DNA of 48,596 bases, taken from assembly GCA_964456425.1 (NCBI GenBank), contig CAYWAX010000001.1, positions 20,277-68,872 of the forward strand. The letters run 5' to 3'. The position numbers and the translations under genes were made by a program. The notes beneath the pieces are model-generated. The model saw only the letters and a program-made list of their open reading frames with translations. It had not been told where the DNA came from and made no database searches. Source of the DNA: an uncultured Nitrospinaceae bacterium. Its GTDB lineage: Bacteria; UBA8248. Every line of letters starts with the position of its first letter. The first letter of the stretch is position 1. Below, in pieces: positions 1-10,481 of this stretch.

Positions 1-269
1 CCAGGAACTTTAATAAATCTAATAAAAAAATCCCTTTCTTCTTTCGAAAGAAATCCTATTAGCCTTGGTATCATTTGACTAGATGTAACATTACCTTCTA
101 GATAATGATATGTATGGAACTCTAGGAATTCATTTCCTTCCATTTTTTTTTGTATTTCTGGTATCGCGTATACTCCAATATACATTTCATATGTTACACC
201 TGTATCGATAGAAACAGAGACAGTGTCATCCTGTAATTGTTCTATTTTTCCAGAAATTTTACTTATCAT
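1..269 (-). CDS. ruvA: Holliday junction branch-migration protein RuvA, N-terminal part (3' end runs off the window)
   Basis: Not in the ORF track. Reverse-strand translation from ATG (complement 267-269) reads MISKISGKIEQLQDDTVSVSIDTGVTYEMYIGVY...LIGFLSKEERDFFIRFIKVPG, typical of the RuvA N-terminal OB domain and the F..LI.V.G motif. It lies directly downstream of ruvC. Confidence 0.8.
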   Translation of the reverse strand, partial: MISKISGKIEQLQDDTVSVSIDTGVTYEMYIGVYAIPEIQKKMEGNEFLEFHTYHYLEGNVTSSQMIPRLIGFLSKEERDFFIRFIKVP

Positions 270-288
270 TCTATAACCATTAAAAAAG

Positions 289-798
289 TTAGTTTCTAAT
301 TAAATGACGGTCAAAATCACAATATGCAGTTGCAATTGCATCAGCAAGATCAGGTGGTTCAGGTAAGTCAGATAAATGGAGACGTTGTTGGACTACCATT
401 TGAACTTGTATTTTAGTTGCTCTTCCAATACCTAGTAGAGATTTTTTTATTTCAGTTGCCGAATAATGATGAACAGGAATTTTTTCTTTAGATGCAGCAA
501 GCAAGATAACTCCTCGCGCATGACCCATAATAATTGAAGTTCGTGGGTGATTGTAGTGGCTATATAAGTTCTCAACTGCCATTACATTTGGTTTATGTTC
601 CATGATTATTTTAGAAAGGTCAGTATATAAGTTGCAAAGTTTGATTTCTAAAGCATCTTTTTTTTTGTTATTCAATACTCCCCCTTCTACGAGAACAGGG
701 TCCTTTCTTTTGTCTTCTACTCTCAGTATAGCATAGCCAGTACATGAAAGACCTGGATCTACACCTAGAATGTAGTAAGGAAATTTTTGTGTATTCAT
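289..798 (-). CDS. ruvC: Crossover junction endodeoxyribonuclease RuvC
   Basis: 169 aa. N-terminus ILGVDPGLSCTGYAIL matches the RuvC catalytic Asp motif. yebC-ruvC-ruvA synteny. Confidence 0.9.
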   Translation of the reverse strand: MNTQKFPYYILGVDPGLSCTGYAILRVEDKRKDPVLVEGGVLNNKKKDALEIKLCNLYTDLSKIIMEHKPNVMAVENLYSHYNHPRTSIIMGHARGVILLAASKEKIPVHHYSATEIKKSLLGIGRATKIQVQMVVQQRLHLSDLPEPPDLADAIATAYCDFDRHLIRN

Positions 799-826
799 CT
801 AAAAGTATTTCGTTTAGGCGGCAATT

Positions 827-1576
827 CTAGAGAGTTACTTTTTCCATTTCTTCATCAGAAATATCAAAGTTTGCATAGACATTTTGAACATCATCGTTAT
901 CTTCAATCGATTCAAGTAAACGTAACATTTGTTCAGCTTCTTTTCCTTCAAGTTTTATAGTTGTTTTTGGAATCATCGAGACTTCTGCTGATTCAGGTAC
1001 GAACTTATTTTGTTTAATTTCGTTAAGTATAAATTCAAATTTGTCAGGAGTAGTATGAATTTCGTAAAAATCATCCGTAACCTGCATATCGTCCGCTTCT
1101 GATTCTAGAACTATTTCCATGAGACGGTCTTCATCTTCATCATTTTTAGGAATCAGTATGAGTCCTTTTTTTTCAAAGTTCCAGGCAACTGCATTTGGTT
1201 CTGCCATGTTTCCAGAGCCTTTAGTCAACAAATGACGAATTTCTGAACCTGTTCTGTTTTTATTGTCAGTTAGTACATTGATCAGAATAGCAACACCCCC
1301 GGGCCCATATCCTTCATATGAGAGTTCTTCATAGGTGATACCGTCTAAATCTCCTGTTCCCTTTGCAATTGCTCGAGTTATATTATCCTGAGGCATATTT
1401 GCAGATTTCGCTGCTTGTACGGCAGTTCTTAGTCTAGGATTCCCATCTATATCCCCACCCCCAATTCTAGCAGCAATAGTTATCTCTTTAATTAGCTTTG
1501 TGAAGATTTTCCCTCGTTTTGCGTCCAAAGCACCTTTTTTACGTTTTATTGTACTCCACTTGGAGTGACCTGACAT
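827..1576 (-). CDS. yebC: YebC/PmpR family DNA-binding transcriptional regulator
   Basis: 249 aa. Starts [28 protein letters not shown], the invariant YebC N-terminus. Confidence 0.9.
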   Translation of the reverse strand: MSGHSKWSTIKRKKGALDAKRGKIFTKLIKEITIAARIGGGDIDGNPRLRTAVQAAKSANMPQDNITRAIAKGTGDLDGITYEELSYEGYGPGGVAILINVLTDNKNRTGSEIRHLLTKGSGNMAEPNAVAWNFEKKGLILIPKNDEDEDRLMEIVLESEADDMQVTDDFYEIHTTPDKFEFILNEIKQNKFVPESAEVSMIPKTTIKLEGKEAEQMLRLLESIEDNDDVQNVYANFDISDEEMEKVTL

Positions 1577-1766
1577 GCTTTATTTTTCTCCCTGGATTAT
1601 TGATTCAATAGTTATGATAACCTACTAATTTTTAGCATGTGACTTAAATATAGTAAAGAAGTTTCCTGTTCATGATTTTAAATAATTTAACGATTATCTT
1701 TTTTACATAGACTTCGAATTTATGTAATGGTATTTAAAACACATAGTATATCATTGAAAGGAAATA

Positions 1767-2732
1767 ATGGTGGACCCTCTCGAAAGAGGAAAAAAGACTA
1801 TAGAGATAGAAATAAATGCCTTGCAAAATCTACCTGATCGTATGGGAGAAGACTTTGTTCGTGCAGTTAAATTGATTGTAGAATGTAAAGGACATGTCGT
1901 TGTAACTGGCATCGGGAAAAGCGGACTTATAGCACAAAAAATTTCCGCTACTCTCGCTAGTACAGGCACTCCTTCTTTTTTTATTCATCCTGTAGAAGGA
2001 GTCCACGGCGATTTAGGGATGGTTAAAGATGACGATGTAGTATTAGCTTTATCTTTTAGTGGTGAAACGGAAGAATTATTAAGAGTTTTACCAGTTTTTG
2101 CTAGACTTGGGATGGATCTAATTGCAATCACTGGAAATAAAAATTCTACACTAGCGAAACAAGCAGTTTCTTTTTTGGATGTATCTGTTGAACAGGAAGC
2201 TTGTCCTATTAATCTTGCTCCTACTGCTAGTACAACTGCTACACTAGCAATGGGAGATGCTCTCGCAATGTCTGTTTTAGAAGAAAAAGGATTTCGTCCA
2301 GAAGATTTTGCACAATTCCATCCAGGGGGAGTTTTAGGAAGGAATCTTATAAGAGTAGAAGAGATTATGACAAAAGATTTAGATATTCCTTTTGTCGATG
2401 AAAAAGTTTTAATTGAAGAAGTTGTGAAAGAAATAGGACTTAAAAAGTTAGGAATGACATGTGTGGTAGATCAATCAAAGCGTTTAGTTGGTATTATTAC
2501 AGATGGAGATCTACGAAGATCTTTAGAGACAAAAATCGATTGGACTTCTGCTTGTGCGAATGAATTAATGTCTAATATCCCTCATCGAATTAACCCAAAA
2601 GAAATGGCAGCTGTAGCATTGCATCGTATGGAATCATCTTCCATTACTTCTCTTGTTGTGTGTAACGAAGATTCAGATGAAGTGGTTGGGGTAATCCATC
2701 TCCACCAAATTCTTAAGAAGGGTATTGCTTAG
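1767..2732 (+). CDS. kdsD: Arabinose-5-phosphate isomerase (KdsD/KpsF/GutQ family; SIS domain plus two CBS domains)
   Basis: 321 aa. GIGKSGLIAQKISATLASTG SIS motif, C-terminal tandem CBS region. RBS GAAAGGA upstream of the ATG. Confidence 0.85.
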   Translation: MVDPLERGKKTIEIEINALQNLPDRMGEDFVRAVKLIVECKGHVVVTGIGKSGLIAQKISATLASTGTPSFFIHPVEGVHGDLGMVKDDDVVLALSFSGETEELLRVLPVFARLGMDLIAITGNKNSTLAKQAVSFLDVSVEQEACPINLAPTASTTATLAMGDALAMSVLEEKGFRPEDFAQFHPGGVLGRNLIRVEEIMTKDLDIPFVDEKVLIEEVVKEIGLKKLGMTCVVDQSKRLVGIITDGDLRRSLETKIDWTSACANELMSNIPHRINPKEMAAVALHRMESSSITSLVVCNEDSDEVVGVIHLHQILKKGIA

Positions 2733-2736
2733 TTCC

Positions 2737-3468
2737 TTAGATTTCTACAATAAGAAGAACTGATGAAATAATCATTATAAGAATTGCAGTTCCATAAAGT
2801 ATCTTATTTGGTAAAAATTTTATTAAAATTCTTCCTACAGAAAAACCTAAGACTGCTGGGAAAATTCCAATCAAAGATTCTATAATAATCTTCTTGTTAA
2901 ATTGTCCCATACCGCTCAGTGCTCCCACCTGAACCAATGAAAAGAATAGAGTTGCGATATATAAGATTTTTATGAGTTCTGTTTTTTTGATTCCTAAACT
3001 GTCGAGAAACATCACACATAAAGCACTTCCCGTGTAGGAAATTCCACTAAACCATCCACCAAAAAATCCTGCAAAGTAAGTAAAAAAAATCTCATCTCTC
3101 ATGTCCAAATGCACCCGTAGTTTTGAAATACTATGTATTGCGAGTAGGAGAAGAATAAAGCTAATGAAATATTTAATGAATGTTGCTGGAAAAGCAACAA
3201 ACGAAATTACGCCAAGTATAGTTCCTAAGCATCCTGCGCCAATAAATGGAAGGTATCTCTTAATTGATGTAAAAGATATCCCAACATAAATAGAACGAAG
3301 TAACATAAGAGCTAAATTTGGGATTGCGAGATATATAATTGATTCTTTAATTCCAATAAACGCTCCGAGAGTTGGGACGGCAAGAAGAGCAAAATCAAAC
3401 CCGATTGCACCTTCAAAAATTGAAGAAACAAAGATTATTAGTGGTTTTTCCCATTCTATTGTTAGCAT
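2737..3468 (-). CDS. TauE/SafE-like (sulfite exporter family) integral membrane permease
   Basis: 243 aa, hydrophobic throughout (about 7-8 predicted TM spans), Gly-rich helices. The family assignment is by general resemblance only. Confidence 0.6.
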   Translation of the reverse strand: MLTIEWEKPLIIFVSSIFEGAIGFDFALLAVPTLGAFIGIKESIIYLAIPNLALMLLRSIYVGISFTSIKRYLPFIGAGCLGTILGVISFVAFPATFIKYFISFILLLLAIHSISKLRVHLDMRDEIFFTYFAGFFGGWFSGISYTGSALCVMFLDSLGIKKTELIKILYIATLFFSLVQVGALSGMGQFNKKIIIESLIGIFPAVLGFSVGRILIKFLPNKILYGTAILIMIISSVLLIVEI

Positions 3469-3491
3469 TATTCTTTCTAATTTTAAAAAGT

Positions 3492-4475
3492 TTATAGATT
3501 AAGAATTGTTTGAGCATTTTTATGTGAAATATTGTCATATTCATCACTACTTAGTCCTGCATTTTCCAATGTTTTCACTATTTGCTCATCCGTCATATCA
3601 TAGGGCAAATCAGTTCCAAGCATAATTCTATCACTTCCGATAAGATCCACGAGAAATCGAACTACAGGAGAGTGAAATAATAAACAGTCGAAGTAAAAAT
3701 TTGATTTCATATATTCAAGAGGCGATTTTTGTATATTTTGACATTCTTTTCGTACTTTCCAGCCATGCATAAATCTTCCTGCGAGATATGGTGCGGTTCC
3801 TCCACCATGCAAGAAGATAAATTTTAAATCAGGAAGACGGTCAAAAATTCCTGAGAAAATAAGCCTTCCAATGCTATTTGCGCTTTCTGTAGTAAATCCA
3901 ACTAAATTGAAAAGATAGTAATCTTTCATTTCTGACATACCAGCTGGGTTTGCAGGATGAACGATAATCGGAACTTTCAAAGATGCTGCTTTTTCATAAA
4001 TAGGAAAAAAACATTCATGATCCAAGTACCTACCGTTTACATTTGTTCCTAAGAATCCACCTTTTAAACCGAGTTCTTTCACACTACGCTCCAGTTCTAG
4101 CGATGAAAGATTTCCATCTTGAGCAGGAAGGGCAGCAAATCCTGCAAATTTCTCTGGTCTTTCCTTGATAATTTTTGCATACGCATCATTCGATACTTTG
4201 CATAACTCATTCGCAAGTTCGGAGTCGGCCCAATAAACACCTGGATTTGAAGAAAAAGAAAGTATATTCATATTAAGACCCATCTCTTCCATTTTTTTCA
4301 GTCTCAAATCAACATCCGTGAAATTTTGCAGATTGCCAAAAGTCAGGCCTTTGACAATTATTTTTCTATCTCCATCACTGTTTTCTTGCACTTCTGCTCC
4401 AAGTCGTGCGCGTTCTTGTTTTATTAAATTGACATATTCATTAGGGTAAATATGACAGTGAATATCTATATGCAT
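3492..4475 (-). CDS. Amidohydrolase_2 (ACMSD / metal-dependent decarboxylase-hydrolase) family protein
   Basis: MHIDIHCHIYP metal-binding HxH start and C-terminal GTDLPYD motif. Start placed at the ATG preceded by GGAG; the longest ORF extends to 4508. Paralogous to 15472-16467. Confidence 0.75.
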   Translation of the reverse strand: MHIDIHCHIYPNEYVNLIKQERARLGAEVQENSDGDRKIIVKGLTFGNLQNFTDVDLRLKKMEEMGLNMNILSFSSNPGVYWADSELANELCKVSNDAYAKIIKERPEKFAGFAALPAQDGNLSSLELERSVKELGLKGGFLGTNVNGRYLDHECFFPIYEKAASLKVPIIVHPANPAGMSEMKDYYLFNLVGFTTESANSIGRLIFSGIFDRLPDLKFIFLHGGGTAPYLAGRFMHGWKVRKECQNIQKSPLEYMKSNFYFDCLLFHSPVVRFLVDLIGSDRIMLGTDLPYDMTDEQIVKTLENAGLSSDEYDNISHKNAQTILNL

Positions 4476-4647
4476 TGTAACTTCTCCGAGTAAGGAATGA
4501 TTCACCATAGAATCTAAACATTTTGTTTAGACATTTTTGTAATTATAATGTTTTTGAAAAATTAAGTAACCGTGCATTTTATTTATCGGTCATTTCTTTT
4601 CTATGCAATGCAGTTGTAAAATAGCTAATAATTTACTAGGAGAATTC

Positions 4648-7374
4648 TTGAGTACTAAAGAACAAAAGAAAATTTTCTTAATAGATGGTTCGGGATATAT
4701 GTTCCGAGCTTATTACGCGATGATGCGGCAGAACTTAAGAAATTCGAAAGGTACCCCCACTGGTGCCGTTCTTGCTTTTACTCGAATGCTCTTAAAAGTT
4801 ATTAAAGACAAAAAACCTGATTATGCTGCTATTGCTTTTGATAGACCTGAACCCACGCATAGACATTCTATTTTTCCTAAATACAAAGCAAACCGTGATG
4901 CTGCACCAGAAGATCTAGTTTCGCAAATTCCGTTGATTCATCGCGTTGTTGAGATCTTAAATATTCCTCTTCTTGTAGAGGCAGGTTTAGAAGCAGACGA
5001 TCTTTTAGGTTCTCTTGCACACGAAGCTTTGAAAGAGAAATTTGAAGTTCTTCTCATAACTGCAGATAAAGATTTTGCACAGTTAGTGAATGAGAAAATT
5101 CGTATATGGGATCCAATGAAGGATGAAGAATATGGTCCTAAAGAAATCGAAGAAAAATGGGGAATTGCTCCTGATAAATTTATAGACATTCAAGCACTTA
5201 TGGGTGATTCCACAGATAATATTCCTGGTGCGCCAGGCATAGGAGAAAAAACAGCAGTTTCCCTGATTCAAGAATTTGGGAGTCTAGATAATTTATTGAA
5301 ATCGGTTACAAAAGTGAAAAGACCTAGGCAAAAACAAATCCTCGAAGAAAATAAAGATTTGATTTTGCTTTCAAGGGAACTTTGTAGAATTAAGTGTGAT
5401 GCTGAACAGAAAAATTCTCTGGAGAATTACAGATTGAAAGATGCAAATATTGAGTTAGGGAGAGAACTTTTTATAGAAGAACTTGAGTTTAAAAATATTT
5501 TAGAACAACTTCCCGGTTATGAATCTAGTGATTCGAAAACAACAGAAGATACAGAACCTTTGATTCAAAAAAATGAAAAGTACAGAAAAATCATATCAAA
5601 ATCTGATTTAGGAAAACTTATCAAAACTTTGGAGAAGAGTACTTCTTTTTCCATAGATCTTGAAACAACGTCTTTAGACCCTAAAGAAGCTGAAATTGTT
5701 GGTTTGAGTCTGAGTGTTAGTGCAGGCGAAGCATTCTATATTCCTGTTGGACACAAGAATGAACCGAAAAGTGAGCAACTTTCTTTGAAACTAGTAATGA
5801 AGGAACTCTCTCCTTTCCTACTTTCTGAAGAAAAGGAGAAAATTGGTCAAAATATAAAGTATGATATTTCCGTTTTTAGAGAAAATGGATATGAAATCAA
5901 AGGAAAGATTTTTGATACTATGCTGGCTTCTTATCTCATTCTATCTAACCGGACGAGTCATGGATTGGATCATCTTGCAGAAGAATATTTTGGTATTTCC
6001 ACGATTAAATATGTGGATATTTGCGGGAAAGGTGCTAAGCAGATTTCTTTTTCAGAAGTTTCCATTGAAGATGCAACGCAATATGCCTCTCAGGATGCAG
6101 ATATTACCTTTCGTTTAGCAGAAAAAATGAAAGAACAATTGAAGGAAGATAAACTGGACGAATTATTTTCTGATTTAGAAATTCCTCTGTTAGTAATTTT
6201 ATTAGATATGGAGACAACGGGAATTCGATTAAATGTAGACCTTTTGAATAGAATGAGTTCAAAGTTAGAAGTTGAGCTAGAAGGGATGACCAAAAAAATA
6301 TATGAGTTAGCTGAAGAAGAGTTCAATATTAATTCTACAGTACAATTACGTCGCATCCTTTTTGAAAATCTTAATCTTCCGATAATGAAAAAAACAAAGA
6401 CAGGTGCATCTACAGATATTGATACACTAGAAAGATTGTCCCACCTTCATGAATTGCCCAATATGATTCTTCAATATAGACAACTTACAAAACTAAAAAA
6501 CACGTATGTCGATGCTCTTCCAAGACTTGTGTATAAGAAAACAGGTAGAATTCACACTCATTTTAATCAAACTATTACTGCAACCGGTCGTTTAAGTAGT
6601 TCTGATCCAAATTTACAAAATATCCCAATTAGAACAGACCTTGGAAAAGAAATCCGATCTGCATTTATTCCAAAAGAAGGTTGGTCTATTTTTGCATGTG
6701 ATTATAGTCAAATTGAACTTCGAGTGTTGGCACACTTTACACTCGATCCGAGTTTAGTAGACGCATTTTCTAAAGGAGAAGATGTTCATTCTACTACTGC
6801 TTCCGCGGTATTTGGTGTTTCACTGAATGAAGTAACATCAGAAATGCGACGAATTGCAAAAGCCGTGAACTTTGGAATAATTTATGGCCAAGGTGCATTC
6901 GGTCTATCTAAAACACTTGGAATTCCTCAGAGTGAAGCTCGTTCTTTTATTGAAAAATATTTTGAACGTTTTGCAAGTGTCCCCGCATTTGTCAATAAGA
7001 TAGTCGAAGAAGTTAAAGAAAAAGGATATATTTCTACTTTGCTTGGGAGAAGAAGGTACATTCCTGACATTGAAAGTAGAAATCAGAATTTAAGAAGAGC
7101 TTCTGAGAGAACTGCAGTCAATTCTGTTATTCAAGGGAGTGCGGCAGATATAATTAAAAAAGCGATGGTTGATATTTTTACTAAATTAGAAACTGAAAAC
7201 AAACAAACAAAAATGTTAGTTCAAGTACATGATGAATTACTGTTCGAATCGCCTCGAAAGGAATTAGAGTCCTCCATGGAATTCGCTTCAAGCGAGATGG
7301 AAAATGCAATTTCGTTAGAAGTGCCAGTGGTAGTCGAAGTACATGCTGGAAAGAATTGGGGAGAGTTGAAATAG
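4648..7374 (+). CDS. polA: DNA polymerase I (5'-nuclease, 3'-5' exonuclease and polymerase domains)
   Basis: FLIDGSGYMFRAYYA 5'-nuclease start, SIDLETTSL ExoI motif, DYSQIELRVLAH motif A, QVHDEL motif C. Start placed at TTG 4648 after an AGGAG RBS; the longest ORF starts at 4603. Confidence 0.95.
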   Translation: MSTKEQKKIFLIDGSGYMFRAYYAMMRQNLRNSKGTPTGAVLAFTRMLLKVIKDKKPDYAAIAFDRPEPTHRHSIFPKYKANRDAAPEDLVSQIPLIHRVVEILNIPLLVEAGLEADDLLGSLAHEALKEKFEVLLITADKDFAQLVNEKIRIWDPMKDEEYGPKEIEEKWGIAPDKFIDIQALMGDSTDNIPGAPGIGEKTAVSLIQEFGSLDNLLKSVTKVKRPRQKQILEENKDLILLSRELCRIKCDAEQKNSLENYRLKDANIELGRELFIEELEFKNILEQLPGYESSDSKTTEDTEPLIQKNEKYRKIISKSDLGKLIKTLEKSTSFSIDLETTSLDPKEAEIVGLSLSVSAGEAFYIPVGHKNEPKSEQLSLKLVMKELSPFLLSEEKEKIGQNIKYDISVFRENGYEIKGKIFDTMLASYLILSNRTSHGLDHLAEEYFGISTIKYVDICGKGAKQISFSEVSIEDATQYASQDADITFRLAEKMKEQLKEDKLDELFSDLEIPLLVILLDMETTGIRLNVDLLNRMSSKLEVELEGMTKKIYELAEEEFNINSTVQLRRILFENLNLPIMKKTKTGASTDIDTLERLSHLHELPNMILQYRQLTKLKNTYVDALPRLVYKKTGRIHTHFNQTITATGRLSSSDPNLQNIPIRTDLGKEIRSAFIPKEGWSIFACDYSQIELRVLAHFTLDPSLVDAFSKGEDVHSTTASAVFGVSLNEVTSEMRRIAKAVNFGIIYGQGAFGLSKTLGIPQSEARSFIEKYFERFASVPAFVNKIVEEVKEKGYISTLLGRRRYIPDIESRNQNLRRASERTAVNSVIQGSAADIIKKAMVDIFTKLETENKQTKMLVQVHDELLFESPRKELESSMEFASSEMENAISLEVPVVVEVHAGKNWGELK

Positions 7375-7436
7375 CATTCCCCTGCATGTATACCTACCGA
7401 TTTGCAGTATACGCTTCATTTTTTATGGAAAGTTAA

Positions 7437-8102
7437 ATGAGTAATTTATATGCCATTGGTGATATACACGGACATATATCGGTCTTAGAAGAGTTATTTA
7501 TTTCTGTCCCTTTTCAACAAAGAGACGAGATTATTTTTGTTGGAGATTATATTGATCGAGGTCCTAATTCTTCAGGAGTAGTAGATTTTTTGATAGACAA
7601 AAAAAAAGAATTTCCTGAAATTATTTTTCTTAGAGGAAATCATGAAGATATGTTTATTGATTTTTTCGAAGGCACATATCGATATCAAAAAGATTTTTTT
7701 GAGGAAAAGGTTGGAGTAGAAACTTTGAGAAGTTATGGTCATATTCCTGGAACATCATTCACTTTGTCTCTAGAACATCAAAAGTTTTATAAAGAATTAT
7801 TGTTTTTTTACGAGACCGAAGATTTTTTATTTGCGCATGCAGGTTTTCGTCCGGGAATTCCGATTTCTGAACAAGAAAATAGTGATATGATTTGGATTAG
7901 AGAAGATTTTATAGGTGCAAAATATGATTTTGGCAAACCGGTTGTGTTTGGTCATTCTCCTATGTACGAAATTCTGGATGAACTCCCTATTTTATTGGGT
8001 ATCGATACAGCTCTTGTTTTTGGTGGGAAACTCACCTGTGTAAAATTACAAAAACGAAAAATAGTAGAAATTTTTCAAATAGGACAAAAAAATATTGAAT
8101 AA
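7437..8102 (+). CDS. Metallophosphoesterase (PPP-family Ser/Thr phosphatase / ApaH-PrpE-like)
   Basis: GDIHGH ... GDYIDRGP ... RGNHE signature motifs. Confidence 0.75.
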   Translation: MSNLYAIGDIHGHISVLEELFISVPFQQRDEIIFVGDYIDRGPNSSGVVDFLIDKKKEFPEIIFLRGNHEDMFIDFFEGTYRYQKDFFEEKVGVETLRSYGHIPGTSFTLSLEHQKFYKELLFFYETEDFLFAHAGFRPGIPISEQENSDMIWIREDFIGAKYDFGKPVVFGHSPMYEILDELPILLGIDTALVFGGKLTCVKLQKRKIVEIFQIGQKNIE

Positions 8103-8141
8103 TCTTTTCACTAAAATATATTTTGAAATTTTGAGGACTTC

Positions 8142-10376
8142 ATGAAGTCTTCGATTGATTTGAAAGAAAAAGATATCCTTTCTTTTTTTGCTGACAAACA
8201 TTCTCCAGTTTTATTTCGAGAAGTTGTTTCTGCCCTTGGCATTTCTTCCGATGAAAGAGGATTGTTCAGAAAAAAACTTCGCGGTTTGGTAGAAGAAGGA
8301 AAACTTGTCAGATCAAGGAGAAAGTACTCCATTCCAAAAAATATGCCGACAGTTCGAGGTATTTACAGAGGAAACAAACAAGGATTTGGTTTTGTGATTC
8401 CAGAGAAAGATGGCATTCAATCTGAGGAAGATTTATTTATAGGTCCCCGTTCTTTTTTAAATGCAATAGATGGAGATTTGGTTCTTGCTAGGCAGGAAAA
8501 AATGGATCCTGATGGGAGACGTGCCGGTAGAATTGTCGAGATAATTGAGCGTGGTAGAGATCACATTATAGGAAAACTTCTATTTTCCGGAAAACGTGCT
8601 TGGATTGAACCCCAAGAAGATAAGTTGCCTTTCAAAATTATAGTCAATTCCAAGAAAATTAAAAAAAATAATGTGGGTGAATGGGTAGAGACCAAAATTA
8701 GTTCTTATCCCAATCCAAAGGAAGATGGGAAGGGGGAGATAACAAAATATTTTGGTTCACCAGGTGATCCAAAAACAGAAGAAAAAGTGATATGCGAAAA
8801 GTTTGGTCTATTTCAAGAATTTTCTAAATCCGTACTACAAGAATCTGAAAAATATTCTCCTATAGATGAGAAAAAGGAACTTCCTGAAGAAGTTGAGGAT
8901 TGTAGGGGTCTTGAGGCATTTGCGATAGATCCTATAGACGCTAGAGACAGAGACGATGCAGTATCTATCGAATCACTGCCGAAAGGAGGGTGGCGTTTAG
9001 GAGTACATATCGCAGATGTAAGTTTTTTCATCAAAGAAGGTTCCCTTATTGATCAAGAAGCGATGCAAAGAGCCAATAGTGTGTATTTCCCGCATAAAGT
9101 GTTTCCGATGCTACCAAAGAAAATCACAAATCAGATCTGTTCTTTAGACGAAAATAAAGTCCGAAGAACGATGAGTGTTTTTTTAGATTTCAATGCATCC
9201 GGAAATCAAAAAGGATTTCGCGTAGCACAGACATATATTAAATCTTTTGCTTCGTTAGACTACGAAAGTGTTGGGGAGTTTTTAAACGGGGAACCTGTTT
9301 CCAACCCTACACAGGTACTGAAAATAAAAGAATTAGAAAAATCTCTCCTGCAGTTGTCGAATCTCACTCAAAAAATGCGTTCAAAAAGATTTCAAAATGG
9401 AAGTTTAGATTTTGATCTACCAGAAGCAAAAGTTTCTATAGATAAAAACGGATATCCGACAGGGATTAAACGTTCTGATAGGAATCAAGCACATATGCTT
9501 ATTGAAGAGTGTATGCTTGCAGCGAATACGGCAGTTGCAGAGTTTCTTGGTACAGTTCGATCAGAGAGTATATACCGCATTCATGAATGTCCTTCCGAAG
9601 ACAAGGCAAATTCTTTTCGAAATCTTGTTTCAAGACTAGGGTATCCTGCCCCATCGACGGAGATGCTTCTTAAACCCAATGGATTTCAAGAAATACTGAA
9701 TCTATTTCGAGGGAAAAAAGAAGAAAGATTTATGAGCCTAGTAGCACTGCGAAGTATGAAATACGCTAGATACCACCCGAACCCGGGACTACATTTTGGT
9801 CTAGGAATCGAAAAATATACCCATTTTACTTCTCCTATACGCAGATATGCAGACCTAGTGGTACATCGAATTTTGAAAAAAAGATTATTTGAGAAAAATC
9901 AAAGAAAAAAGAAAGCAAGTTTCTTATCTCTTTGCGAAAACATATCTGAACAAGGACGTAAGACAGAAGAAGCAGAGAGAGAAATGATCAATTTTTATAA
10001 AACACTATTTATGAAAAAATATATTGGGAAAGTATTTAAAGGACATGTATCTGGAACCACATCTTTTGGTATTTTTGCAGAATTGGATGATTTTTTTGTA
10101 GAAGGGTTAATTCCATTAGAGTCGATCAAGGATGATTATTATGAATTTTTTCCTGATGATTATTCAGTTATTGGAAAACGAACGAATAAACGTTATCGAT
10201 TAGGCGATCCACTTGAAGTTCTTGTAGAAGATGTGGATTTAGATTTAAGAAGGATTTCTTTTGTGTTATCTGATTTCGTAAAAAAAGAAAAGAAACCAAA
10301 GAAAAAGGGAAAAATAACGAAAGCACGTATGAAAGTTAGAAAACGAAAAGCAATCGGAAAAAGAAGGAAGAGATAA
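8142..10376 (+). CDS. rnr: Ribonuclease R (RNB domain, S1 domain, Lys-rich C-terminal tail)
   Basis: 744 aa. AIDPIDARDRDDAVS RNB motif, HFGL...YTHFTSPIRRYADLVVHR, C-terminal S1 domain then KKEKKPKKKGK tail. GAGGA RBS. Confidence 0.9.
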   Translation: MKSSIDLKEKDILSFFADKHSPVLFREVVSALGISSDERGLFRKKLRGLVEEGKLVRSRRKYSIPKNMPTVRGIYRGNKQGFGFVIPEKDGIQSEEDLFIGPRSFLNAIDGDLVLARQEKMDPDGRRAGRIVEIIERGRDHIIGKLLFSGKRAWIEPQEDKLPFKIIVNSKKIKKNNVGEWVETKISSYPNPKEDGKGEITKYFGSPGDPKTEEKVICEKFGLFQEFSKSVLQESEKYSPIDEKKELPEEVEDCRGLEAFAIDPIDARDRDDAVSIESLPKGGWRLGVHIADVSFFIKEGSLIDQEAMQRANSVYFPHKVFPMLPKKITNQICSLDENKVRRTMSVFLDFNASGNQKGFRVAQTYIKSFASLDYESVGEFLNGEPVSNPTQVLKIKELEKSLLQLSNLTQKMRSKRFQNGSLDFDLPEAKVSIDKNGYPTGIKRSDRNQAHMLIEECMLAANTAVAEFLGTVRSESIYRIHECPSEDKANSFRNLVSRLGYPAPSTEMLLKPNGFQEILNLFRGKKEERFMSLVALRSMKYARYHPNPGLHFGLGIEKYTHFTSPIRRYADLVVHRILKKRLFEKNQRKKKASFLSLCENISEQGRKTEEAEREMINFYKTLFMKKYIGKVFKGHVSGTTSFGIFAELDDFFVEGLIPLESIKDDYYEFFPDDYSVIGKRTNKRYRLGDPLEVLVEDVDLDLRRISFVLSDFVKKEKKPKKKGKITKARMKVRKRKAIGKRRKR

Positions 10377-10420
10377 AAATAGTAGCCAAATTAGGAAGAA
10401 TCGATTATATTTAGTTTTCG

Positions 10421-10455
10421 ATCGAAGGACCCAGTGGGTTTTCTTCGATTTTTTT
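10421..10455 (+). terminator. Rho-independent terminator after rnr
   Basis: ATCGAAG...CTTCGAT stem (7 bp outer plus inner GC pairs) followed by a T-run (TTTTTTT). Confidence 0.6.
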
Positions 10456-10481
10456 ATTTAAAATTGTGAAAAGAGGAAGTC

